Shown: piece by piece, positions 35,947 through 43,937 of the stretch
Layout of the letters: the number at the start of each line of letters is the position of its first letter
How positions within the stretch are numbered: the first letter of the stretch is position 1
Virus record (IMG/VR): IMGVR_UViG_3300036981_000286
Coordinates: 15,594-79,593 of that record
Strand: one strand, 5' to 3'
Length of the DNA: 64,000 nucleotides
From: a virus
Translations under genes and position numbers: made by a program
Notes under the pieces: model-generated
Databases searched by the model: none
Told to the model about the DNA's origin: nothing
What the model saw: only the letters and a program-made list of their open reading frames with translations

Positions 35947-37236
35947 ATGGCACGGATGCAACGTTCGCTCTTCGCGCAACTAAACGCGCTGGCTGAAGAA
36001 ATTTCTCAGAACGCGGAAAAGGTCGCGGCTGCTAAGCAAGCCTCGCCGGTTCCCGCTGACCCGGGTGGGTATCAGGGCGCATCGACGCACCCCAGCGCGC
36101 ACGTTGATAACGATGTGCAGAAGGCGACGACGGGCGCTCGTGCATCTGAGTACGAGGCGGACGTTAAGAAGCAGCAGGGCGCGCTCGCTGTAGATAACAC
36201 ACCTGAGATGTCGCAGGAAGGTCGTCAGGATGATGTTCAATTAAACATCAACACCAACGCCGCTGCGACAGGCGAAGATCCGGCCGCTGAAAAAGATTAC
36301 AAGGGTACGAAAGACGACCCGGGTACATCGCATCCCGCCAAGACCAACGACGGCGAGAAGTACAGCCACGTATCGTTTAAAGAAGCTCACACCAAGTGCA
36401 GCAATCTTGGTAACGAGATTCTGGCTGACCTCGTCAACTTCGGAACAGCTACTTTTAAAAAGGCTGAAAAAGACGTTGCCGAAGCGGTGACAGGAAAAAA
36501 AGACAATAGCGGCAATTTAAAGGGCAACCAAAACAAGCTCGACGTCGATAAGGACGGCAAGCTCGAGGGTTCCGACTTTGCCGCGCTGCGTAATAACGAC
36601 AAGGCTGCCGCTTTTTCGGCCGGCTACGAGTTAGCCGCTGCGCTTGGTATGGATAAGGCTGCGGCCGAGGCCAGTGTCCGCGACGTATGCGCGAACACGC
36701 TGCGCGAAGCTGACGAAATGGCTGATCTGTTCGTTGGGTTCTACACAGCGAAGCAGGCTGACGACGCCGCCGCTGAAGAAGGCGAAGATCACGCCGAAGA
36801 AGGCGAATCCGAGGGCGGCGAAGAAGCGCCAGCTGTTAGCGTTGAAGAAATGATGGGCGGCGGGGCCCCGGCCGGTGAGCCCGGACTTGAGCAGGCTCCT
36901 CCGTCGGAAGACGAGGCGCTGCAAGAGCTGGCGATGGCGTTACAAGAACTAGGCATTCCGCCGGAAGCGCTGCTGCAGGGTCTTGCGGGCGAGGCCGGCG
37001 GCGAGGGAGCGATGGCTCCTGAAATGGCCCCCGAGATGGCTCCTGAGATGGCTCCTGAGATGGCTCCTGAAATGGCCCCGAAGATGGCGGCCGCTCGAGA
37101 GCTGCAAATGATCGGTAACGCTGTTATTAACTTTCAGAGTTCCGGTAATTTTCAAGTCAAAGAGGCTCGCACCAAGCGGTCGCGCCATCTGCGAGATATC
37201 ATGAAAGATCATGTGCGCGAACTCGTTGGTCGCTGA
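35947..37236 (+). CDS. Acidic scaffold-like protein
   Basis: AAGGAG RBS; acidic and low-complexity; EF-hand-like DVDKDGKLEGSDF; many K-x-A sites; between protease and capsid. Confidence 0.6.
   Translation: MARMQRSLFAQLNALAEEISQNAEKVAAAKQASPVPADPGGYQGASTHPSAHVDNDVQKATTGARASEYEADVKKQQGALAVDNTPEMSQEGRQDDVQLNINTNAAATGEDPAAEKDYKGTKDDPGTSHPAKTNDGEKYSHVSFKEAHTKCSNLGNEILADLVNFGTATFKKAEKDVAEAVTGKKDNSGNLKGNQNKLDVDKDGKLEGSDFAALRNNDKAAAFSAGYELAAALGMDKAAAEASVRDVCANTLREADEMADLFVGFYTAKQADDAAAEEGEDHAEEGESEGGEEAPAVSVEEMMGGGAPAGEPGLEQAPPSEDEALQELAMALQELGIPPEALLQGLAGEAGGEGAMAPEMAPEMAPEMAPEMAPEMAPKMAAARELQMIGNAVINFQSSGNFQVKEARTKRSRHLRDIMKDHVRELVGR
37012..37083 (+). repeat. 12-bp tandem coding repeat (MAPE x5 + MAPK)
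   Basis: Units of the form ATGGCYCCNGAR. Confidence 0.9.
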
Positions 37237-37254
37237 ACTTAAACGGAGGTTTCC

Positions 37255-37677
37255 ATGCCTGATACGAATCAGTTAGTTCAAAAAGTCATCGACTACATCG
37301 GTTTTTCCGATGCCGCGATGAGCAAGGCTGCGTCGGTGCTCGCTAATCGCGACGCGCAGCAAGAGAAGATTGCTCAGTTAATTCCCGAGGCTGTGAAGGC
37401 GTGCACTGAAAACGAGCGCATCGAATCGCACCAGAAGGAAGCGCTGGCCGCTGCTCTGCAAGACCCAGTTCGCGCTATGGAACTGGTCATTAAGTTAGCG
37501 TCGCACAAGAATGCCGCCGAAATGGCCCGCATTGGTGCGCCGATAACGCAGAAGTCAGCTGGATATGATCCGAATACCAGCGTCACAAGCTCGTACGTGG
37601 GAGCTCGTGACGGCAAGCTCAGGGCAAGTGACATTAAGTTGTTCACAGGTCTTGGTCTTAATCCGCCCACGAGTTGA
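37255..37677 (+). CDS. Small head-module protein
   Basis: GGAGG RBS; SKAAS, EKIAQ, IKLAS, QKSAG. Confidence 0.7.
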   Translation: MPDTNQLVQKVIDYIGFSDAAMSKAASVLANRDAQQEKIAQLIPEAVKACTENERIESHQKEALAAALQDPVRAMELVIKLASHKNAAEMARIGAPITQKSAGYDPNTSVTSSYVGARDGKLRASDIKLFTGLGLNPPTS

Positions 37678-37703
37678 TTTCTAATACGTTACTTCACCAC
37701 CAA

Positions 37704-37721
37704 TAAGACACGGAGGTCTTA
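37704..37721 (+). promoter_or_regulatory. RBS hairpin with ANGGAN hexaloop
   Basis: TAAGAC-ACGGAG-GTCTTA, perfect stem. Confidence 0.65.
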
Positions 37722-37723
37722 CA

Positions 37724-38284
37724 ATGGCTGTTTCTCCTGATCTTCCTTTCGAACATGGCCTTGATATCAAAAAGGGCTGGTTCGACATGGCGTCGCTCGA
37801 CTACTCGGCTAAGCTGGGTAGTGTCAGCTTCGTAGTCCCCCGCGGCCGAGTTGTGCATCTCGAGGTTGTCGGCGGCGCAGAAGTGTTTCTGCCCGGCGTA
37901 CGCAACACCGACGTTGCAATCTTCCTGCTGAATGGCTCGTCCGATGCCGATGTGTCCAACCCGGGCACAACTGCGTCTGGTCGGTTTATGCATCAGGCGA
38001 TCTCGCCGTCTGGCAAGTTGTCTGGCGTAGTTGCGACTGGCGGTTACGAAATTGACTCGACCGAGTTCAACGCCAATCTGTCGTACGCCCCCGGCGATCT
38101 TCTGACGGCACCGACTGGCACCTCTGCTGGCTCTGTTGCTACAGCCGGTGTTCTTACGAACGCTTCTGTCACTGTATACGTCACGCCGGTCGTCGGCGTC
38201 GTATCGAGCGGCAAGCATGTCAACCACAACGGCGTTGATACTCTCTCCTTTTGGAGCGTTTATCTCCCCGGCACTGCGGAATAA
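37724..38284 (+). CDS. Putative capsid decoration/cement protein
   Basis: Beta-rich, strong codon bias, directly upstream of the major capsid gene. Confidence 0.55.
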   Translation: MAVSPDLPFEHGLDIKKGWFDMASLDYSAKLGSVSFVVPRGRVVHLEVVGGAEVFLPGVRNTDVAIFLLNGSSDADVSNPGTTASGRFMHQAISPSGKLSGVVATGGYEIDSTEFNANLSYAPGDLLTAPTGTSAGSVATAGVLTNASVTVYVTPVVGVVSSGKHVNHNGVDTLSFWSVYLPGTAE

Positions 38285-38303
38285 CTAACTCTTTAACTTC
38301 ACC

Positions 38304-38319
38304 GGAACACGGAGGTTCC
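38304..38319 (+). promoter_or_regulatory. RBS hairpin with ANGGAN hexaloop
   Basis: GGAAC-ACGGAG-GTTCC before the capsid ATG at 38324. Confidence 0.65.
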
Positions 38320-38323
38320 AACA

Positions 38324-39253
38324 ATGCCCACTCAGCAAGAAATCCAGCTGCTTAACGAGACTCTCTTTGAGCAGCTTGACACCCCCGGCATGCAAAAGCA
38401 GGCCATTGATGCGGTTAACGACTTCACGCGCACCAAGATGCGTGAAGACGGGTTCTACCGGCGGATCATGCCGCCGCTGACCATCACCAACGACGAGCTC
38501 GACCGTCAGGTTGATACTGACAAGCCCGTTAAGGTTGTGGACAAGGAGCCCGATTCCCCGGCGGCTGTGTCGCTTCCGTTCGCGACGCTTCCGATTAACT
38601 TCTACATCCGTGGCCCGCGCTACCGCGTCATGTTTGACCGGATCGTGTCGCCCCGCGCTGTAAAAGACGTCGACGAGCTGCGTACTTACGTCATGGACAT
38701 CCGGCAGGTTCTGTCGGACAACATGATCAAGGACATGCTCGCCGAGGAAGACTCGAAGTTTATTGCTGCTCTTAACGCCGTTCTTGGCGACACTCCCGGC
38801 GCGACTAACCTCGCTTCGGGCGCTGTGCAGTACGAGGAGATCTATGGCGGCATCACCCGCGAGACGCTGGTTGATGCTCTTAAGATCATGCCCCGTACGC
38901 CGTCGCACTTTGAGGTTGAAACCTGCCTCGTGAATAACCTCACGATCAAGGAGCTCCTCAAGTTCGGTCGCGATGAGATGGGTGGTGACTTCTCGCAAGA
39001 CATCATCAAGAACGGCTGGGCGGAAACCAATTTCCTCAACTGCCGTTGGATCGTCACGATCAAGACCGGTCTTGTCCCGACGGACACGATGTACATGTTC
39101 GCGTCGCCGAAGTTCATCGGCAAGAACTACGAGCTCGAGCCCACCACGATGTATATCCGTCGTGAGGCGTTCATGCTCGAGTACTTCGCCTACAACACGC
39201 AGGGCGGCTCGTTCGGTCATACGAACGGTCTCGCTCGCGTGGACTTCAAGTGA
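38324..39253 (+). CDS. Major capsid protein (compact HK97/encapsulin-like fold)
   Basis: Very strong codon bias; REDGFYRRIMPP and spine-helix-like DIRQVLSDNMIKDMLAEEDSKF; ends ARVDF; follows protease and scaffold. Confidence 0.75.
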   Translation: MPTQQEIQLLNETLFEQLDTPGMQKQAIDAVNDFTRTKMREDGFYRRIMPPLTITNDELDRQVDTDKPVKVVDKEPDSPAAVSLPFATLPINFYIRGPRYRVMFDRIVSPRAVKDVDELRTYVMDIRQVLSDNMIKDMLAEEDSKFIAALNAVLGDTPGATNLASGAVQYEEIYGGITRETLVDALKIMPRTPSHFEVETCLVNNLTIKELLKFGRDEMGGDFSQDIIKNGWAETNFLNCRWIVTIKTGLVPTDTMYMFASPKFIGKNYELEPTTMYIRREAFMLEYFAYNTQGGSFGHTNGLARVDFK

Positions 39254-39279
39254 TAACAACGTAACAAGGAGCACATGAC

Positions 39280-39663
39280 ATGGATCAGGTTAAGCAAGCC
39301 GCCGATCAGAGCGTTGCGGTACTCGTAAACGAACTGGCGGCGCCCTACTTCTTCGAGAAGCTTTCAGCGCACGGCATTCGGCCGCGCAATGAGAGCGAAG
39401 CCTCGGGTATGTGGGCTGCAGCCCAGAAACTTCACGTGCTCTATACGGCAGAGCAGCAAAAGGCCGCCGCGGTCGAAACGTCCAAACTGGCTAGCGCCAA
39501 CGAGCAGCTCGACGCTGTTCTTGTCGCTGCCGGTCTGGCCGGCTCGGAAAAGGTTGCGGCGTTTAATCAAGCTGCCGACGTCGTGGCCCAGCAGCCGCAC
39601 ATCGCTGACGCGGTGTTGCGGCTGCAGGCCGCGCTGGCGATTGCCGCTCAAGACGCAGGCTAA
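39280..39663 (+). CDS. Small Ala-rich head-module protein
   Basis: VKQAA, QKAAA, SKLAS, EKVAA. Confidence 0.7.
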   Translation: MDQVKQAADQSVAVLVNELAAPYFFEKLSAHGIRPRNESEASGMWAAAQKLHVLYTAEQQKAAAVETSKLASANEQLDAVLVAAGLAGSEKVAAFNQAADVVAQQPHIADAVLRLQAALAIAAQDAG

Positions 39664-39682
39664 CTAACAAACGGAGTGAACA

Positions 39683-40006
39683 ATGGCACTTGTACCCGGT
39701 TTATACACAACAGTTAAGAACACCTCAGGCGCGGAAGCGACCTTTGGTTTTCTTGGCGCCCACGGCAAGCGGCTTGCGAACAACGGCACGTACACTGTGC
39801 CCGGCGATCTCGTAGCTAAGCTTGGCAACGGCGGCAAAGGCTCGCAGCGCGCGTTTAAGGCGCTCGAGAAGGCGCTCAATGACGGAGACATGGTTATCAC
39901 CAAGTCTCCGGCGGTTTACCTTAGCGATACAGCTGACGGCAGCATCGACGAGGTCAAGCTGACCAGCGACACGCTGGGCATCCGCTCGCCGGCGGGCTGG
40001 GACTGA
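39683..40006 (+). CDS. Small putative structural protein
   Basis: ACGGAG RBS; last gene before the terminator. Confidence 0.7.
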   Translation: MALVPGLYTTVKNTSGAEATFGFLGAHGKRLANNGTYTVPGDLVAKLGNGGKGSQRAFKALEKALNDGDMVITKSPAVYLSDTADGSIDEVKLTSDTLGIRSPAGWD

Positions 40007-40041
40007 CAATTTAATTATTGCGATTCGTCGTGATAAGATAC

Positions 40042-40074
40042 AAAGGCTGGCCTTCGGGTCAGCCTTTTATTTTT
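40042..40074 (+). terminator. Intrinsic terminator of the capsid operon
   Basis: AAAGGCTGGCC-TTCG-GGTCAGCCTTT followed by TATTTTT. Confidence 0.85.
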
Positions 40075-40091
40075 CCCCAATGAGGTGAAAC

Positions 40092-41099
40092 ATGGTCGTA
40101 ATTGCGACTCCCGGCACGCCGCCCGCTGCCCCGTGCTGCAATGTAAACGAACTGGCGCCATCGCCGCCTACCCCTGTATCCGCCGTTACACAAAACGTCG
40201 TCAGCGCGCCTGTTTCGACTGTTAACGGCCAGCCCGTTCTGACCCGAATGCGCGCTATCAGCATTAATCAGGGGCAGTGCGCAACAATTGACTGGCAATT
40301 GCACGATAACGCAGGTCACCCTGTAGATCTGACAACCGTTGGATTTAGCACGGGGGCGGCGCAGGTTGCGGGGTACGCGATTACGCTTCGAGTAAAGGAG
40401 CAGATCACGCTGGGCAACCAGCAGGCTCCGACAGAGCTAATCGGGCAAGTGACCGACGCCGCGGTGGGCAAGGTGCAGTTTGCCCTTACAGCAGCCATGG
40501 TAGCGTTTCCGGGCATATACTACGCCGAAGCTGCGCTGATGACGGTAAGTGAAGACCCGGCAGTATCCCCGTGCGTAGTTTTCTCAAATATCTTCTCGTT
40601 AATCATTTCGCGGAGCTTGCACGGAAACGCTACGCCAGACGGTCCGCCCTCGATAGCCGAAATCAGGTTGCACCTCCGCGACTCTGCTCCCGGCGAAAGC
40701 TTTCTGCTCGATAACTTAATGTTTGATGACGCGGAAATTGCTTTGGCTATCCAGCGGCCTGTGCAGTACTGGAATGAAGTTCCGCCGCCAATCGGCACGT
40801 TCACGACGCAGAATTTTCCGTTTAGATATCATTGGCTTGAAGGCATTTGCGCTAATTTGTTTTTTATGGTGGCGGAGCAGTATCGCCGTAATCAGTTAGA
40901 TTACTCAGCGGGCGGGGTGCAGATTAGCGACCAAAATAAAGAAGCTAATTACGAGCGCGCCGGGCAGGCTCGGTGGCAAACTTACCGAGAATGGGTGCGC
41001 GGTAAAAAGGCGTCCATTAACCTCGAGGGCGGCTACGGCGAGGTGGGCTCTTTATATCAATACGGCGCATACTCGTCAGGTATTCGCTCGCGTTATTAA
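40092..41099 (+). CDS. Putative head-tail adaptor (neck) protein with a BppU-like N-domain
   Basis: PVDLT...DAAVGKVQFALT...GIYYAE; C-domain IRLHLRD...RNQLDYSAGG; position. Confidence 0.55.
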   Translation: MVVIATPGTPPAAPCCNVNELAPSPPTPVSAVTQNVVSAPVSTVNGQPVLTRMRAISINQGQCATIDWQLHDNAGHPVDLTTVGFSTGAAQVAGYAITLRVKEQITLGNQQAPTELIGQVTDAAVGKVQFALTAAMVAFPGIYYAEAALMTVSEDPAVSPCVVFSNIFSLIISRSLHGNATPDGPPSIAEIRLHLRDSAPGESFLLDNLMFDDAEIALAIQRPVQYWNEVPPPIGTFTTQNFPFRYHWLEGICANLFFMVAEQYRRNQLDYSAGGVQISDQNKEANYERAGQARWQTYREWVRGKKASINLEGGYGEVGSLYQYGAYSSGIRSRY

Positions 41100-41287
41100 C
41101 AGCTAAAAAACGCGCAAAAAAGCGGCATATTAAATAGCTAGCATTTTGTGTTAGCGTATGTCGTTTTTTGGTGCGTGTTTTTGCGCACCAAGCGGCAAGA
41201 CAAGCCGGCGCTAAATTTATGGCGTCGGTTTACCTAAGGAGCGGTTATGCGTAATAACTGCATGTTCAAGGACGACAGGAGATGACA

Positions 41288-41644
41288 ATGGCAAAGAGCG
41301 CCATGCCTTGGTTGTGTGAGTGCGCGATTACGATGCGCGAAATTCGGGCCCGTATTAATTTTGGCCGTGAGCTCCGAGGACTTAGGCCGCTGACTGCACT
41401 GCGGTTTTACACCCTTCGGCAGGAGGCTGCGGAAAAGTTTCTGGACGCGCATCCGCACGGCAACAAAGGGCTGGACCGTAATCCGTTCCTTCCAGACCGG
41501 CTGATCGGAAATAACTATATCTTCAAGCCGCGGAAGGCAAATCGTTTGATTAGCCTCGGCGTGGCTGTGGAGATCAAGAACACCGGCCGAAAGCCGGGTA
41601 CTCGCGTCGTATCCGGCCGAGTGCTGCAACCGGCCGGCTGCTGA
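41288..41644 (+). CDS. Small basic hypothetical protein
   Basis: AGGAG RBS before ATG 41288 (or 41282); Arg/Lys-rich. Confidence 0.65.
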   Translation: MAKSAMPWLCECAITMREIRARINFGRELRGLRPLTALRFYTLRQEAAEKFLDAHPHGNKGLDRNPFLPDRLIGNNYIFKPRKANRLISLGVAVEIKNTGRKPGTRVVSGRVLQPAGC

Positions 41645-41670
41645 TCTTGCTAGTTCGGCTATGTTATCTT

Positions 41671-41710
41671 AGGGGTTTCCGGTAGTCCAAGACCGCTGCC
41701 CCTTTTTTTT
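41671..41710 (+). terminator. Intrinsic terminator
   Basis: AGGGG...CCCCT interrupted stem followed by a T8 run. Confidence 0.6.
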
Positions 41711-41755
41711 AGCTATCAGCGCGGTCATAATAACGTTTTACTGCTTGCGCCGGTA

Positions 41756-42991
41756 ATGCCTATGTCGCTGCAAAAGTCTTACCCGTTTCGGCGCGTTTCC
41801 GTAGATCACATGATCCGGGGCGTTACTCGCGTTTGGTGGCAGCTTGAGCCCAGTTTTAATGACCCGGGGCCGTACGTATTTCAATTGCAGACCAGCGACA
41901 CCGGGCTGCCTGACGCGCATAACTGGCGCACAGTTGGGGCGCCGGTAACTAACGTCGTTTACGCTACTGACGCAAAACGCCGTAATGCCGGCGATTTAAT
42001 TATTAGTCATTATCGCGTAACTTTAACAACAGCGGCTGGGGAGTACGTTTCAGCTCCGGCGTCTTGCTGGGGCGAATTGGCGGAACACGACTGGGTTACC
42101 GCGCGCGAGATTATTCGCAAAGAAACGCTGCGGCATCAAAAAGTATCGACAAGCGGCTATTTGCTTAAGATCCTGCGTTATGGCACGCCCTGCTCACGAT
42201 GCCGCGAAACCCTAACGCAAGAAGCTTCCAATGGCGACTGCCCGCTCTGTTACGGCACAAATTACGAAGGCGGTTACCATCCCCCGCTCGCCATGCAGTG
42301 TTGGGATTTAAGCCCGCAAATTATTCAAGAAGATTCAGACGACAAGCTTCGTGGCTCTACACGCGAGAATCCCGTTGTCACAGCGCGCGTCATAGGTTTC
42401 CCGGGCTTGAATTACCGCGATATTTGGGTTAACGACAAAACTGACGAACGGTGGCGAATTGACGACATAAAGGTCGTAGCGGCTATCCGTGGCGTACCGC
42501 TTATTTATGAAGTCATCATGGGTTTAATCCCGTTTGCCAACATAGCGTATACAATACAGTTAGCGCACGACGAGCCAGATTACCCAGACGTGCCGATTCT
42601 CGGTACCGGGTGCGTCGCGGTAACTTCCAGCTACAACGGCGGCGACCTGCGATACCGCACGGCTGAAGACAACCCCGTCGCCGGCGCATACGTATTTGCG
42701 TTTGAAAAAGAAACGTTTGACGAGTCAGAACCGCAATTCCCTCCTCGAAACCGCGCAGTAGCCGCCACAACTACAGACGCAAATGGCGACTGGACTTCGA
42801 CGCTTCATTTAAATCACGGCCCTCACGTATTACTGTATGAAAAGCATCACGAGTACGGGCCTGACACAAAAGAACTAGTTATTTCGCATTTGTCTAGCAG
42901 TTCCTCTAGCGGCGCCTCGAACGCCTCGGCTAGCAGCTCCTCGTCGTCATCGGCGTCAAAACGCAAAGTTAACAATTTTTGGGATATTTAA
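41756..42991 (+). CDS. Putative neck/head-closure protein with a zinc finger and Ser-rich tail
   Basis: CSRC...CPLCYGTNYEGGY; C-terminal poly-Ser; position. Confidence 0.55.
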   Translation: MPMSLQKSYPFRRVSVDHMIRGVTRVWWQLEPSFNDPGPYVFQLQTSDTGLPDAHNWRTVGAPVTNVVYATDAKRRNAGDLIISHYRVTLTTAAGEYVSAPASCWGELAEHDWVTAREIIRKETLRHQKVSTSGYLLKILRYGTPCSRCRETLTQEASNGDCPLCYGTNYEGGYHPPLAMQCWDLSPQIIQEDSDDKLRGSTRENPVVTARVIGFPGLNYRDIWVNDKTDERWRIDDIKVVAAIRGVPLIYEVIMGLIPFANIAYTIQLAHDEPDYPDVPILGTGCVAVTSSYNGGDLRYRTAEDNPVAGAYVFAFEKETFDESEPQFPPRNRAVAATTTDANGDWTSTLHLNHGPHVLLYEKHHEYGPDTKELVISHLSSSSSSGASNASASSSSSSSASKRKVNNFWDI

Positions 42992-43164
42992 TGACTGCCG
43001 AAAACGACGATAAAATAAAATTGCAGCAGACTATTCGGCTATTAGATAAACCGTTAAAATTTGCGGATAAGCCAATAAAACTTATCGAGCCAATTAAAAT
43101 TCGCCTTGAGCCCCAAACAGACGATTTTTTAAAGAATTACCTACAAAATGTCAGACGAAGATAA
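42991..43164 (+). CDS. Small hypothetical protein
   Basis: TAATG coupling; short DKP(L/I)K repeats. Confidence 0.45.
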   Translation: MTAENDDKIKLQQTIRLLDKPLKFADKPIKLIEPIKIRLEPQTDDFLKNYLQNVRRR

Positions 43165-43831
43165 CTGCCCGCTTGACCGCGTCCCGGAAGACCGCATTGC
43201 GCGCGTAAGCTCACTCTGCTCTTACGGCATGCGCCCGCACGTCGTGACTGGCCTTTTACGCCAGCTGCTCATCGCGCACTTCTCCGACGCAAATAACATA
43301 GAAGAGCCGCAGCTTCGTCAGAAATTTATTGACGAGGGCCCGTGGGTTAAAAACGAAAACGGTCTGAGCAACAGCAGCATACTTATTGAAAGTATTACCC
43401 GCTGGCTCCCGAACGAAGCCGACAACCGCCCCGCTATCCTTATTAAAAGAGGCAGCTGGGCGTGGAAAAGAACCGGGATAGGCGATCAGGCTGGCGCTAA
43501 TGTTTTTAGCGGTTCTAGTCAGTATCATGGTTTGTGGGAGGGTAGTCATACGTTATACTGTTTAGCGTTAACTGGCCTAGAAGCTGAGTTATTAACAGTC
43601 GAAGTTGTTAAATTTTTACAGCACTTCGGCCCATGGATTCGCGAGCAGATGGGGTTTATGCGCTTCATTGTTAGCGAAGTGGGCGGAATAGGTGAGGTGC
43701 AAGAGGTGGTACAGGGCTATGCCGTACCTGTTACCGTAGCATATGTGGCCGAGGAGTCTTGGGAGCTCCAGCCCGCTGCGCCGCGACTTAAGCGGTTTGT
43801 CCTAAAGGCGTCTGAATTGTTTGCGTGCTAG
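43148..43831 (+). CDS. Putative tail completion/terminator protein
   Basis: RPAILIKRG; size; directly upstream of the sheath. Confidence 0.5.
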   Translation: MSDEDNCPLDRVPEDRIARVSSLCSYGMRPHVVTGLLRQLLIAHFSDANNIEEPQLRQKFIDEGPWVKNENGLSNSSILIESITRWLPNEADNRPAILIKRGSWAWKRTGIGDQAGANVFSGSSQYHGLWEGSHTLYCLALTGLEAELLTVEVVKFLQHFGPWIREQMGFMRFIVSEVGGIGEVQEVVQGYAVPVTVAYVAEESWELQPAAPRLKRFVLKASELFAC

Positions 43832-43937
43832 AAACCAACTTCATAAACTTTGTGTAGGTGCTTTTTTTGAAGTTACCGGTTACTTATACTGAGTACCAGA
43901 GCACCGACCACAGCATTACGGCATGGAGAGCTTTAAT

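Larger units (their letters stand above)
41101..41714 (+). mobile_element. Self-contained single-gene cassette (moron-like) bounded by 10-bp inverted repeats
   Basis: AGCTAAAAAA (41101-41110) and TTTTTTAGCT (41705-41714) enclose a leader, an ORF and a terminator. Confidence 0.4.

Noticed and set aside
38324-39253. Encapsulin nanocompartment with the ferritin-like protein as cargo
   Set aside because: The genes are 34 kb apart, and the shell gene lies in a protease-scaffold-capsid-neck order.
38285-39274. 329-aa minus-strand ORF opposite the capsid gene
   Set aside because: It is an antisense shadow of strong codon bias, with no RBS or recognisable motif.
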